64,000 bases of DNA from Candidatus Kaiserbacteria bacterium (GCA_026396675.1 JAPLWI010000014.1:376-64375), one strand, 5' to 3'; numbered from the stretch's first letter, positions 25,957 through 36,451 are shown. Notes: generated by a model from the sequence alone, not told the origin. Numbers and translations: made by a program.

Positions 25957-27299
25957 TTCGTATGGGCCTCAATAGAGGCACCGAGATGTTGGAGACGGAG
26001 CACGATATCTTCATAGCCGCGATTGATACTATATACATTTCGTAAGACCGAACGACCTTTCGCGGCTAGCATCGCGACTAAAATAATAGTCGCTGGCCTG
26101 AGTGCAGGCGGACAAATAACCTCGGCCGCCTTAAGTATTGTAGGACCTTCAATCGAAATGCGGTGCGGGTCATGCAATATCGTTGTCGCACCAAGACGGT
26201 CGAGCTCGGTATAGTAAATAGCGCGCTTTTCATATACCCAGTCGTGAATAAGCGTCATTCCCTTCGCTTGCGTAGCAATAACTGCAAAGAATGGAAGATT
26301 ATCTATATTAAGTCCCGGGTACGGACGTGCATGAATTTTTTCTGGGAAGGCGACGAGTCCGCCAGCCGGCGGATGACTTATTGAAATGTCAACTAATTTT
26401 GTAATGCCGTTCTCCGATGGTCGGGCATTTGAAAGAGTAAATTTCAAACCCATTTTCCCGAGGAGCAACAGTTCAACTTCGAGAAACTCGATCGGCGCGT
26501 CCGCGACCGTGACGGCGGAGCCGGTCACAATCGCGGACGCGATGAAAAACATCGCATCGGTCGGATCTTGGGCTACGCTGTACGAGACATCTTTGTTGAT
26601 ATATTTAACGCCGTGAACAGATAGTGTTGTAGAACCGATGCCTTCAATCGAAACGCCAAGCGCTTGTAAAAATCCGCATACTTCTTGCACCTGATAATTC
26701 GCCGAAGCATATTTAATCACCGAAATACCTGGAATACATGCGGCAGCGAGAAGTGCGTTAATCGTTGCGGTATCGCTTGATTCATAAAGAACAATTTCTG
26801 CCGGATGAAGTGTCGCATGAGTGATACGATAATTTTCAGAATGCGTTTCTATCGCAACGCCGAATTTTTCAAGTGCCATCCCGTGTGGTCGTATACTTCG
26901 AAGACCGAGAGTGCATCCTCCTGACTGCGGAAGATCAAAGGAATTAAAATAATGAATAAGAGGACCGACGAACATAAGAATACTACGCGTCTTCATCGCT
27001 GAAGCGCGATCAATTGTATCGAGAGAAATTTTTTCCGGTGGAATTATAACGACATCGTGATTAACCCACTCAACCTCAACGTCAATTGAACGCAACACCT
27101 CAATCAGGCGATTCACCTCTTCAATTTTTGGAACATTCCGAAGTGTCGTTCGTCCGCGGTTAAGAAGGGAAGCTGCGAGAAGCGCGACAACACCATTCTT
27201 TGACCTACTGGTAACAACGGTCCCTGACAGCTTCTTCCCGCCATCGACGACGAAGTTTAATCCTTCTTGCATAAGAAATAGTGTATCATTACCCTGCAA
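25953..27299 (-). CDS. murA: UDP-N-acetylglucosamine 1-carboxyvinyltransferase
   Basis: EPSP-synthase-fold MurA motifs (KLSGTVVTSRSKNG, LRNVPKIEEV). Confidence 0.9.
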   Translation of the reverse strand: MQGNDTLFLMQEGLNFVVDGGKKLSGTVVTSRSKNGVVALLAASLLNRGRTTLRNVPKIEEVNRLIEVLRSIDVEVEWVNHDVVIIPPEKISLDTIDRASAMKTRSILMFVGPLIHYFNSFDLPQSGGCTLGLRSIRPHGMALEKFGVAIETHSENYRITHATLHPAEIVLYESSDTATINALLAAACIPGISVIKYASANYQVQEVCGFLQALGVSIEGIGSTTLSVHGVKYINKDVSYSVAQDPTDAMFFIASAIVTGSAVTVADAPIEFLEVELLLLGKMGLKFTLSNARPSENGITKLVDISISHPPAGGLVAFPEKIHARPYPGLNIDNLPFFAVIATQAKGMTLIHDWVYEKRAIYYTELDRLGATTILHDPHRISIEGPTILKAAEVICPPALRPATIILVAMLAAKGRSVLRNVYSINRGYEDIVLRLQHLGASIEAHTN

Positions 27300-27302
27300 A
27301 CT

Positions 27303-28328
27303 ATGTCTTTCTTTTCTCCAAAACTCGGCATTGACCTAGGGACAACAAATATCCTTGTGTTCGTGCCCGGCAAGGGTGTTGTAATAAATGAGCCGTCAGT
27401 TGTTGCGGTAAGCAAAACGCGCGGTGCCCATGGCGGCAATAAGATCCTAGCCATCGGTGCGGAGGCGAAGAAAATGATTGGCCGTACTCCAGACGATATC
27501 ATCGCATATCGTCCGATGAAAGACGGTGTTATCGCTGACTATCGTATTACCGAAGCGATGCTCCATTATTTTATGAAGAAAGCGCTCGGTCATAATCCTT
27601 TTAAGCCAACAGTACTTATTTCAGTTCCAGCCGGCGTTACTTCAACAGAGAAGCGCGCTGTCATCGAAGCGGCGCTGAAGGCCGGCGCGAAAAATGCGTT
27701 CGTTGTGAAAGAACCGATACTTGCCGCAATCGGTGCAGGCATTCCTATTCACGAACCAATGGGGCGTATGGTTGCTGATATCGGTGGCGGTACAATTGAT
27801 GTAGCGGTGATATCTCTCGGTGGTATCGTTGCTTCAACATCAGTAAAGTGCGCGGGTGATCGTCTTGATCGCGCGGTCATTGATCACATAAAAAAACAGC
27901 ATAATCTTGCTATCGGTGACAAGACCGCAGAGGAATTAAAAATAAGAATCGGCGCGGCCGTGCCGATGAATGAAGAACTTTCAATGCCAGTCAAAGGACG
28001 AGATCTTTTATCCGGTCTTCCACGTACTGTTGATCTCTCGACAAATGATATGGTACAGGCAATGACGCGCGAATTGCGCGAAATGACACAAGCGATTCGC
28101 AAAGTGTTACAAGATACGCCGCCAGAACTTGCTGCCGACATTATTGATAACGGCATCATTCTCACAGGCGGCTCCTCACAGCTGCGTCAGATGACAGAGC
28201 TAGTGCATCGCCGTACTGGCGTTATCGCGAAACTTGCGCAAGACCCATATTATTGCGTTGCGCGCGGCACCGGCATCGCACTGAAGCATTTGGATACCTA
28301 TCAGAAAAGAATTTTAGCGAAACAATGA
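27303..28328 (+). CDS. mreB: Rod shape-determining protein MreB (paralog 1)
   Basis: Actin-fold motifs (LGIDLGTTN, DIGGGT, GGSSQL). Confidence 0.9.
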   Translation: MSFFSPKLGIDLGTTNILVFVPGKGVVINEPSVVAVSKTRGAHGGNKILAIGAEAKKMIGRTPDDIIAYRPMKDGVIADYRITEAMLHYFMKKALGHNPFKPTVLISVPAGVTSTEKRAVIEAALKAGAKNAFVVKEPILAAIGAGIPIHEPMGRMVADIGGGTIDVAVISLGGIVASTSVKCAGDRLDRAVIDHIKKQHNLAIGDKTAEELKIRIGAAVPMNEELSMPVKGRDLLSGLPRTVDLSTNDMVQAMTRELREMTQAIRKVLQDTPPELAADIIDNGIILTGGSSQLRQMTELVHRRTGVIAKLAQDPYYCVARGTGIALKHLDTYQKRILAKQ

Positions 28329-29092
28329 TAACATCCCTCGACAAAACTCGGAACCTTCGGCATCATGCGTTTGTAATAGAGGCAGAAGCGGAGGAGGGGA
28401 TTGAAGTAGCGCAGAGGTGGGCGAGTGAAGAGCTCGGAATTAGTGCAAAAAATAATCCTGACATTGTCGTGTTGCGTTACGGGCTTTTCTCGGTTGCCGA
28501 CGCCCGACGTGTCCTAGAGACCGCCGCAAGCGCGCCATTCGCTGGCGAGAATAAAGTACTTATCATCGCTGCGAGCCGCGCATATCACGAGGCGCAGAAT
28601 GCACTCCTAAAACTTTTTGAAGAACCACCGCGGAACACATTTATTTTTTTCATATTACCATCGCTTGGTGGGCTACTGCCGACCTTACGTTCGCGCGTTC
28701 AAATTTTTGATGTTAAGGGTTTCGGAAACCCATCATCAGATGATGGGTTTCCGAAACCCATCATTTCAGAAGCAGCGATGGAGTTTATGAAGGCGAGCAA
28801 AGAAAAACGCAGTGCGATAATTAAGAAGCTCACAAGCGGGAGAGACGAAGAAGAAAAACGCGAACTGCGCGATGAGGCGATCGCGATTCTGAACGGCGTT
28901 GAAGCGATTGCATATAAAAAATACGGGTCTACGAGACCCGTAATTTCTGAACTTCTGTCGGACATTCAGATTCTGCGCGGGTATCTCTATGACCGTTCGG
29001 CGCCTGTGAAAATGATTCTCGAACATCTTTCACTCGTTATTCCCGCCTCGCCGAAGACGGCGAGTCGAGGCGGGCTAAAGGATTTGCTATAA
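28325..29092 (+). CDS. holB: DNA polymerase III delta-prime subunit
   Basis: Start overlaps the mreB stop (ATGA). KLFEEPP and TLRSRVQ clamp-loader motifs. Carries the in-frame palindromic insertion GFGNPSSDDGFPKP. Confidence 0.75.
   Translation: MITSLDKTRNLRHHAFVIEAEAEEGIEVAQRWASEELGISAKNNPDIVVLRYGLFSVADARRVLETAASAPFAGENKVLIIAASRAYHEAQNALLKLFEEPPRNTFIFFILPSLGGLLPTLRSRVQIFDVKGFGNPSSDDGFPKPIISEAAMEFMKASKEKRSAIIKKLTSGRDEEEKRELRDEAIAILNGVEAIAYKKYGSTRPVISELLSDIQILRGYLYDRSAPVKMILEHLSLVIPASPKTASRGGLKDLL
28717..28759. repeat. Palindromic in-frame insertion element, copy B, inside holB
   Basis: GGGTTTCGGAAACCCATCATC-A-GATGATGGGTTTCCGAAACCC. Perfect 21-bp arms around a 1-nt centre. Confidence 0.8.
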
Positions 29093-29099
29093 TTTACGC

Positions 29100-29651
29100 A
29101 TGGCATACGATTTTTCAAAATTAAAAGCGAATATTAAAGAGACCGAAGAATGGCTCGCACGTGAACTTTCAAGCGTTAGAACTGGCAGAGCAGCCCCTAC
29201 GCTTCTCGACGCAGTGAGAGCAGAGGCCTATGACACGTATACGCCGCTTCGAGAACTCGCGTCTGTGTCAGTTGAGGACGCACGCACATTGCGCATTATT
29301 CCGTGGGACATGTCGTTGATAAAAAAAATTGAGAAGGCGATTACCGAAGCGAATCTGGGAGTCGGTCTTTCAACTGACGATCAAGGATTGCGTGTTTCGT
29401 TTCCTGAATTGACTAGTGAACGGCGCACACAACTTTCAAAAATAGCGGGCGATAAGACAGAGCAGGCGAAAGTAACTTTACGCTCACATCGTACCGACGC
29501 ACTCAAAGCACTTGAAGTCGCGGAAAAGGAAGGCGGCATGGGGAAAGATGAAATTACGCGCCTGAAGGCCGAAGTTCAGAAATATATTGATGCAGGGAGC
29601 ACCACGCTCGTTGAGACACTTAAGAGAAAAGAGTCAGAAATAGCCCAGTGA
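29100..29651 (+). CDS. frr: Ribosome recycling factor
   Basis: RRF conserved regions (RTGRAAPTLLD, RIIPWDMS). Confidence 0.9.
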   Translation: MAYDFSKLKANIKETEEWLARELSSVRTGRAAPTLLDAVRAEAYDTYTPLRELASVSVEDARTLRIIPWDMSLIKKIEKAITEANLGVGLSTDDQGLRVSFPELTSERRTQLSKIAGDKTEQAKVTLRSHRTDALKALEVAEKEGGMGKDEITRLKAEVQKYIDAGSTTLVETLKRKESEIAQ

Positions 29652-30784
29652 TGAGCATTTTGATTTTTATCGTTAGCATTGTCGTGCTTATCGTGGTGCA
29701 CGAGTTTGGGCATTTTGTTGCGGCGAAACTTTCGAAGATGCGCGTAGATGAATTCGGTCTCGGTTATCCGCCGCGTGCTGCAGTTGTCGGGAAGATAGGC
29801 AGGACAATACTTTCGCTTAACTGGCTACCTCTTGGCGGCTTCGTGAAAATTTTTGGGGAGGACCCCTCGACTGAACTCGGAGCAGGTGGAGCCGAAAGCG
29901 ACATCCCGAGCAAAGCGAGGGACTCATTTTCTTCGAAAACTCGTTTGGCACAAGCGATTGTACTTATTGCAGGCATCGCAATGAATCTACTCTTCGCGTT
30001 TGTTCTCATTACTAGTGCGCTTATCGCGGGAACACCACGCGCACTTTCAGAAAATGAAATCGTTGGAGCTCGTAACACAGAACTCGCGATAGCGAGCGTT
30101 CTCCCTGGCACGCCAGCTGCGCGTGCCGGACTTATACCTGGCGACATTATTCTTTCTGCAGAAGACGGGCACTATGCATTTTCAGGAGCGAACCCTGTTG
30201 AATTCACAAAATTCGTTACCAATGGAAAAGGAAACGCGACAATTGCGCTCTCGGTGCGACACGAGAGAGGGAAGGAGGAGACGTTATTTGTGCGGCCAGT
30301 AACTGGCGTTGTCACTTCGGATCCATCACGCCCAGCTTTAGGTGTTGAAGTTGCCACAATTGGCGTTATGCCGCTCTCGTTATTTCAAGCGATACCGGAA
30401 GGAGCATCGCTTACTTGGAGTGCAATTAAACTAACTGCAACTGGTCTTTTGCATTTTTTCTCCAGCATTTTTACCTTATCAGCTGATTTTTCGCAGGTTG
30501 CGGGTCCAGTCGGTATTGTGGGCATCGTTGGCGCTGAAGCGGCGCATGGCTTCGGCAATTTGTTTTCGATTATGGCGATCATTTCCATCAATCTTGCACT
30601 CATTAATCTTATTCCTATTCCAGCGCTTGATGGAGGCCGACTTCTCTTCGTCATTATTGAAAGCATTATTCGCCGTCCGATTAAAGCGAGTATTGCACGT
30701 TCAGTCAATTCCATCGGTTTCATTTTCCTTATTCTTCTGATGTTGGTCGTCACCGCGCACGACATCTTCCGCATCGTCGGCTAG
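29648..30784 (+). CDS. rseP: RIP metalloprotease RseP (site-2 protease, M50 family)
   Basis: HEFGHF zinc motif, central PDZ domain, LDGG motif, multiple TM helices. Confidence 0.85.
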   Translation: MMSILIFIVSIVVLIVVHEFGHFVAAKLSKMRVDEFGLGYPPRAAVVGKIGRTILSLNWLPLGGFVKIFGEDPSTELGAGGAESDIPSKARDSFSSKTRLAQAIVLIAGIAMNLLFAFVLITSALIAGTPRALSENEIVGARNTELAIASVLPGTPAARAGLIPGDIILSAEDGHYAFSGANPVEFTKFVTNGKGNATIALSVRHERGKEETLFVRPVTGVVTSDPSRPALGVEVATIGVMPLSLFQAIPEGASLTWSAIKLTATGLLHFFSSIFTLSADFSQVAGPVGIVGIVGAEAAHGFGNLFSIMAIISINLALINLIPIPALDGGRLLFVIIESIIRRPIKASIARSVNSIGFIFLILLMLVVTAHDIFRIVG

Positions 30785-30800
30785 CCATTTTGCCTAGGGT

Positions 30801-32096
30801 GTGCTGGTGGCGTATACTTTCCTTATGAGGCAATCACAGCTTTTCACCAAAACCCGGCGGGAGGCGCCAGCGGACGAAGTTGCTAAAAATGCACAACTAC
30901 TTGTGCGAGCCGGTTACATTCATAAAGAAATGGCAGGTGTGTATTCATATTTACCACTTGGCCTACGTACGTTGAACAATATTGTCAAAATCATTCGCGA
31001 AGAAATGAACGCCATCGGCGGGCAGGAACTCGTGATGACGGCACTCCAAGATAAAGAACTTTGGAGTCGCACCGATCGTTGGGACGATGAAAAAGTTGAT
31101 AATTGGTTCAAGACATCGTTTAAGAGTGGTGGCGAAACAGGACTCGGCATCACGCACGAAGAACCATTGACGCGTATTATGACCGAACACATTTCCTCCT
31201 ATCGTGATCTACCGGTCTATGCGTATCAATTCCAAACCAAGTTCCGTAATGAACTTCGCGCGAAGTCCGGTATTATGCGCGGGAAAGAATTTTTGATGAA
31301 GGATCTCTATTCTTTTTCTAAAGATGAAGCGGAACATAAAGCATTTTACGAAAAGGCGCGCGAAGCATATGTGAAAATATTTAATCGCGTTGGCTTAGGC
31401 GATCAAACATATGTCACTTTCGCATCAGGAGGCATTTTCAGTGAATTTTCCGAAGAATTTCAAACGGTGTCGGACGCTGGAGAAGATACTATTTATGTAG
31501 ATGAAAGCAAGAAAATTGCCATAAACAAAGAAATTTGCACTGATGAGGTAATTGCGAAATTAGGGTTGAAGAGAGAAAAGCTAATTGAAAAAAAAGCCAT
31601 TGAGGTCGGCAACATCTTCAATCTCGGCACGCGATTCTCCGAACCGCTCGGTCTTTCGTACACTGACGAAACCGGTGTTCATAAGCCGGTCGTGATGGGC
31701 AGTTATGGCCTTGGCCCGACGCGACTTATGGGTACTATCGTAGAACTTATGGCAGATAATAAAGGCCTTGTATGGCCTGAATCAGTCGCGCCATTTTCTG
31801 TGCATCTCGTGTCCCTTGGGAAAGAGGGCGACCCGTCTCGCCGAGGCGGAGCCGAGGCGGATGAGATTTCTAAGACAGCGGACACGCTTTATGACGACCT
31901 TGTAAAAGCAGGAGTTGAAGTTCTGTATGATGATCGCGACAATTCCGTCGGACAGAAATTTGCGGAGAGCGATTTGCTTGGTATTCCGAAACGCATCGTA
32001 GTCGGTAAAAAATCGGTCGAGACGGGCATTTTTGAAGTTGTTGATCGCGCGACTGGAAATGTAGTGGAAACACCGCGCGCAGAGCTTTTTGCATAG
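30801..32096 (+). CDS. proS: Prolyl-tRNA synthetase (compact form lacking the editing insertion)
   Basis: Class-II ProRS motifs (YSYLPLG, FRNELRAKSGIMRGKEF) and a C-terminal anticodon-binding domain. Probable start at MRQSQLF (about 30825). Confidence 0.9.
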   Translation: MLVAYTFLMRQSQLFTKTRREAPADEVAKNAQLLVRAGYIHKEMAGVYSYLPLGLRTLNNIVKIIREEMNAIGGQELVMTALQDKELWSRTDRWDDEKVDNWFKTSFKSGGETGLGITHEEPLTRIMTEHISSYRDLPVYAYQFQTKFRNELRAKSGIMRGKEFLMKDLYSFSKDEAEHKAFYEKAREAYVKIFNRVGLGDQTYVTFASGGIFSEFSEEFQTVSDAGEDTIYVDESKKIAINKEICTDEVIAKLGLKREKLIEKKAIEVGNIFNLGTRFSEPLGLSYTDETGVHKPVVMGSYGLGPTRLMGTIVELMADNKGLVWPESVAPFSVHLVSLGKEGDPSRRGGAEADEISKTADTLYDDLVKAGVEVLYDDRDNSVGQKFAESDLLGIPKRIVVGKKSVETGIFEVVDRATGNVVETPRAELFA

Positions 32097-32101
32097 AGCG
32101 T

Positions 32102-33154
32102 ATGGCGAAGTTTTCCAGAAATTTGTTTTTCAGTCCCGATATTGCGATTGATCTCGGAACTACAAACACTCTAGTGTATGTGCGCGGTCGCGGTGTTGTA
32201 CTTACTGAACCATCAGTAGTTGCGATTAATGACAAAACCCATCAGGTCGTTGCGGTGGGGAAGGAAGCTAAAACAATGCTCGGCAAAACTCCCTCGCACA
32301 TCCGCACGGTGCGGCCGCTTTCGCATGGCGTTATCTCCGATTTCGAAGTAACTGAGGAACTTCTCACTTATTTAATCAACAAAGCTGGGAACGGTCATTT
32401 GCGATTTTTCGGATCGCGCGTGGTTATCGGCGTGCCGACCGGCGTTACAAATGTTCAAAGCCGCGCGGTGCGTGACGCGGTAAAAAATGCCGGTGCCCGC
32501 GAGGCAATCATCCTTGAGGAACCGGTAGCAGGCGCTATAGGCGCAAAACTGCCGGTTGCTGAAGCGGTCGGCACGATGGTGCTAGACATAGGCGGCGGTA
32601 CATGTGACATATCTGTTATTGCGCTCAATGGCGTTGTTGCCTCACGGAGTTCGCATGTCGCGGGAGATCGTTTCAACGAGAATATTATTGATTTCGTACG
32701 CGGCGAATTCAAACTCGGAATTGGCGAGCGAACAGCCGAAGATGTAAAGATAGCTATAGGCGCAGTAATGCCACTTTCCGAAACGCTCTCGCGAAGCGTT
32801 CGTGGTCGCGACTATGCGACAGGACTCCCACGAGAAGTGACACTGACAGATGCACACATCCGCGAAGCACTCATTCCTTCACTGGACGCTCTTATGGACA
32901 CGATGAAAGAAGTTATTGAGGCAACGCCGTCAGAACTTCTTTCGGATGTTCTAGAACACGGCGTCACAGTGTTCGGGGGAGGTGCTCTTCTGCGCGGCTT
33001 ACCGCAAGTGTTAGCGAAGATGCTGGGTGTGCCAGTCAGAGTCGCTCAGGATCCTCTCACGGCAGTCGTACGTGGTGCCGGAATTGTGACAGAACATCCA
33101 GCGCCATATTCTGACTTTTTTATCGATGAAGAAGACATTCTTAGCGAAGCATAG
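32102..33154 (+). CDS. mreB: Rod shape-determining protein MreB (paralog 2), heading the mreBCD-PBP2 cluster
   Basis: Actin-fold motifs (IAIDLGTTN, DIGGGT, GGGALL). Confidence 0.9.
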   Translation: MAKFSRNLFFSPDIAIDLGTTNTLVYVRGRGVVLTEPSVVAINDKTHQVVAVGKEAKTMLGKTPSHIRTVRPLSHGVISDFEVTEELLTYLINKAGNGHLRFFGSRVVIGVPTGVTNVQSRAVRDAVKNAGAREAIILEEPVAGAIGAKLPVAEAVGTMVLDIGGGTCDISVIALNGVVASRSSHVAGDRFNENIIDFVRGEFKLGIGERTAEDVKIAIGAVMPLSETLSRSVRGRDYATGLPREVTLTDAHIREALIPSLDALMDTMKEVIEATPSELLSDVLEHGVTVFGGGALLRGLPQVLAKMLGVPVRVAQDPLTAVVRGAGIVTEHPAPYSDFFIDEEDILSEA

Positions 33155-33962
33155 ATCATTTTTCTCCCGCGAGAATTTTTCGTGGGGAGCGTACGCACTT
33201 TCATTCGCTCTTTTCGTTTTATTTCTGCGTCTTATTACCCCGAATTTTTTCCTACAATTGTTCGCACCAATATTCCATGCTTCAGATACGCTAGCGACAG
33301 AGAGTCATTCTCTCATGTCTGGTTTTAAAAATACCGAAATGCTTGCCGCAAGAAATGAACAACTCATGCAAGAGAATAATGTTCTCGCAATCGAAAATAA
33401 AACGCTAAATAAAAAAATAGCAGACATTTCAGCGCTAACCAATTCTTCAGCAACAGGAAAAAATACTTTTGAAATTCTTTCAGGCGTTGTCTCTCGTCCG
33501 CCGGAAAGTCCTTACGACACGCTTGTAATCGCTGCCGGTAAAAATGATGGTGTAACACTCGGTATGGAGGCATTTGGAGTGGGCAATGTTCCGCTTGGCG
33601 TGGTCTCGTCGGTTCTCGCCAACTTTTCTCGAGTGACGCTTTTTTCGGCTCCTGGCACTGCGACTGATGGCTGGATTGAGCACTCGAATACAATTATACC
33701 GATTACTATCCTTGGCGCCGGCGCCGGTGTCATTAGTGCCACAATTACGCGTTCAGCGGGTATTGCGGTAGGAGATACGATATTTGTTCCTGGTCCGGGG
33801 ATGCTTCCGATTGGGAAAGTTGCGCGCGTTGACAGCAATTCTTTTTCTCCTTCAGTCACTTTACGTATCACACCCGCGATAAATCTTTTTTCAACGGTGT
33901 GGATAGGATTGCGCGATACCGGCAAAACACTGTTCGTATCTGCGACTTCAACACTGCCATGA
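33126..33962 (+). CDS. mreC: Rod shape-determining protein MreC
   Basis: N-terminal TM helix, coiled coil, beta-rich C-terminal domain (GDTIFVPGPGMLPIGKV). Sits between mreB and mreD. Confidence 0.7.
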   Translation: MKKTFLAKHRSFFSRENFSWGAYALSFALFVLFLRLITPNFFLQLFAPIFHASDTLATESHSLMSGFKNTEMLAARNEQLMQENNVLAIENKTLNKKIADISALTNSSATGKNTFEILSGVVSRPPESPYDTLVIAAGKNDGVTLGMEAFGVGNVPLGVVSSVLANFSRVTLFSAPGTATDGWIEHSNTIIPITILGAGAGVISATITRSAGIAVGDTIFVPGPGMLPIGKVARVDSNSFSPSVTLRITPAINLFSTVWIGLRDTGKTLFVSATSTLP

Positions 33963-34213
33963 TGCGTGGAATATTAACCATTCTTGTTTTTATTTCCGTT
34001 ATATTTTTCCCATGGCCGCTTACTGCAGTGTTTGTGCTCGTCGCTTCATTTTTTATTCCGTTTCTGCCGTTTGCTATAGGAATTTTTGCCGATACGCTTT
34101 ATTACACGTCAAAAACGGAATGGCTGCCGCTTCTAACGTTGTACGGAATGCTTACAACCTGTCTCGCACTCTTCGTGTGCAGTCGGCTTCGGGCTAGTAG
34201 TATGAGCAGATGA
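33959..34213 (+). CDS. mreD: Rod shape-determining protein MreD-like small membrane protein
   Basis: ATG overlaps the mreC stop (ATGA). Three hydrophobic helices. Position between mreC and PBP2. Confidence 0.5.
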   Translation: MMRGILTILVFISVIFFPWPLTAVFVLVASFFIPFLPFAIGIFADTLYYTSKTEWLPLLTLYGMLTTCLALFVCSRLRASSMSR

Positions 34214-35877
34214 AGTGGCGTAAGAAAAGGAGGCGAGATCCAGAGATAGCTCCAGATGAAATATTTCTTGATGCATCAAATGTTCCTGCATTTGACCGAG
34301 CAAGGTTTGAGGGACGGCTTGAAAAACCACTTTCTCAAAAAACATTTATTTCACTTGCAATTACACTCGGCGCACTTTTCCTCATACTTATCATCCGTAT
34401 CTGGGATCTTCAGGTCATAAACGGCGCTATTTTTGCCGCTGAAAGCGCGCATAATAGTTTAGAAGTTGCAACATTATTCGCCCCACGTGGAATTATTACT
34501 GATTTCCGCGGCATTATGCTCGCCGAAAATATCTCGAAAACGGATGGCAGTGTCGGACGCAAATACTCGCTTCCTTCTTTAGGTCAGATTATCGGTTATG
34601 TTTCATACCCAAAAAAAGATTCAAAAGGAATCTATTATGACACAAGCGAAACTGGTATCGCTGGTCTTGAAGCCGAATACAATTCACTCCTCGCTGGGAA
34701 GAATGGTCAATTGCTTACTGAAAAAGATGTGCTAGGAAATATTCGTTCCGAAGGCATCATCGTTCCCGCAAAAGAAGGAGGAACTCTGCGGCTCTCAATT
34801 GACGCAAATCTCGAACAGCTTTTTGCGCGCGCAATTGCGGATACCGCAAGTAGTAATAATTTCATTGCCGGCGCCGGTGTAATTCTGGATGTGCATACGG
34901 GCGCGGTACGCGCCATCGTTTCTTATCCGTCGTATGACCCGAATGTCATGGCGAACGGCGGCCCGTCGGACCGCATCGCCTCATATAACACGAATGCAGG
35001 GCATCCATTTCTTGATCATGCAGTGCAAGGTGTCTATACTCCTGGTTCCATTGTGAAGCCATTCGTCGCTTCTGGAGCGCTCACCGACGGCCTTATTACT
35101 CCGAACACTACCATTGAAGATCCAGGATTTCTATCATTGCCAGACCCGTATCATCCGGGGAAGAAATTTATTTATAAAGGATGGAAAGCGCTTGGCGCTG
35201 TTGATGTGCGGAAAGCAATCGCATGGTCTTCTGATATTTTCTTCTATACCGTCGGCGGCGGTTTCGGTTCTCAGAAAGGTCTTGGAATCGATCGTCTCGG
35301 TTATTGGTACCAACAATTCGGTCTCGGGAGCCAAACCGGTATCGATTTGCCTGGAGAAGCGAGCGGACTCATCCCGACCCCTGCATGGAAAAAGACGACA
35401 TTCAACGAGCCATGGTATCTTGGCGACACTTATTTTACCGCGATAGGACAGTATTCAGTGCAAGTAACGCCGATACAAATGGCGCGCGCGACTGCTGCCG
35501 TTGCAAACGGCGGCACGCTTCTAGTGCCGACATTGCTTGCTGACGCAACTCCGGTATCTACCATTGTGCCAGTTTCTCCTACAGCACTCGCAGTCGTGCG
35601 CGAAGGCATGCGCAAAGGTGTGACTGAAGCACTCGCCAGTGCGATTAATTTTCCTTATGTGGCGGTAGCGGCGAAAACAGGTACCGCACAAACTGGCGTA
35701 CACAACCAATATGACAATTCGTGGGTTGAAGGATTTTTCCCGTACGATAATCCACAGTATGCGTTCGCCGTCGTTCTTGAACGCGGGCCACAGGGCACGG
35801 GCGAGCAGGCGGTGAATGTGATGCAACAACTTTTTGAATCGTTGCACGCCGAGAATTCTCCGTATGTTGGGCAATGA
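34210..35877 (+). CDS. mrdA: Penicillin-binding protein 2 (elongasome transpeptidase)
   Basis: N-terminal TM helix. SxxK (GSIVKP) and KTGTA motifs. Confidence 0.85.
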   Translation: MKWRKKRRRDPEIAPDEIFLDASNVPAFDRARFEGRLEKPLSQKTFISLAITLGALFLILIIRIWDLQVINGAIFAAESAHNSLEVATLFAPRGIITDFRGIMLAENISKTDGSVGRKYSLPSLGQIIGYVSYPKKDSKGIYYDTSETGIAGLEAEYNSLLAGKNGQLLTEKDVLGNIRSEGIIVPAKEGGTLRLSIDANLEQLFARAIADTASSNNFIAGAGVILDVHTGAVRAIVSYPSYDPNVMANGGPSDRIASYNTNAGHPFLDHAVQGVYTPGSIVKPFVASGALTDGLITPNTTIEDPGFLSLPDPYHPGKKFIYKGWKALGAVDVRKAIAWSSDIFFYTVGGGFGSQKGLGIDRLGYWYQQFGLGSQTGIDLPGEASGLIPTPAWKKTTFNEPWYLGDTYFTAIGQYSVQVTPIQMARATAAVANGGTLLVPTLLADATPVSTIVPVSPTALAVVREGMRKGVTEALASAINFPYVAVAAKTGTAQTGVHNQYDNSWVEGFFPYDNPQYAFAVVLERGPQGTGEQAVNVMQQLFESLHAENSPYVGQ

Positions 35878-35946
35878 ATAACACCCGACGGTGTGACGAA
35901 GCGTCACTTGCGCAATGACAGCAGTCAAGTACAATGCACGCACACT

Positions 35947-36420
35947 ATGAATGAAATACAAGAAAGCGTCGTCTCACAGGAAAAATTTGATGAGATAATA
36001 AAAGAATTGGAGCACTTGAAGACAGTGCGTCGCACTGAGATTGCCAAGAATCTCGAATATGCGCGGTCACTCGGTGACCTCTCTGAAAACGCCGAATACC
36101 AAGAAGCACGCGACCTACAAGCCGCTACCGAAGAACGCATCAAGAAACTTGAAGAGTTAGTTAAAAATACGAAGATTCTTACCGATGGGAAAAAGAAAGA
36201 CGAAGTCAGTTTCGGTTCAAAGGTTTCAATTAAGAAAGAGGGGGGTGCTGAAATCCACGAATACACAATCGTCGGCAGTGAAGAAGCCGATATGCGCGTA
36301 AAGAAACTTTCGCATGTATCGCCACTCGGCGCCGCCATGATGGGGAAGAAAAAGGGCGATACTTTTACATTTGATACTCCGATTGGTAAACAGACCTACA
36401 CAATAGAAAAAGTGGCGTAA
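35947..36420 (+). CDS. greA: Transcription elongation factor GreA
   Basis: N-terminal coiled coil (ARSLGDLSENAEYQEARD) and a C-terminal FKBP-like domain. Confidence 0.85.
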   Translation: MNEIQESVVSQEKFDEIIKELEHLKTVRRTEIAKNLEYARSLGDLSENAEYQEARDLQAATEERIKKLEELVKNTKILTDGKKKDEVSFGSKVSIKKEGGAEIHEYTIVGSEEADMRVKKLSHVSPLGAAMMGKKKGDTFTFDTPIGKQTYTIEKVA

Positions 36421-36427
36421 ATAAAAA

Positions 36428-36451
36428 GGCGGAACCGAAGTCCCGCCTTTT
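36428..36451 (+). terminator. Rho-independent terminator after greA
   Basis: GGCGGAAC-CGAA-GTCCCGCC hairpin followed by TTTT. Near-identical to the hairpin at 37370-37393. Confidence 0.55.
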
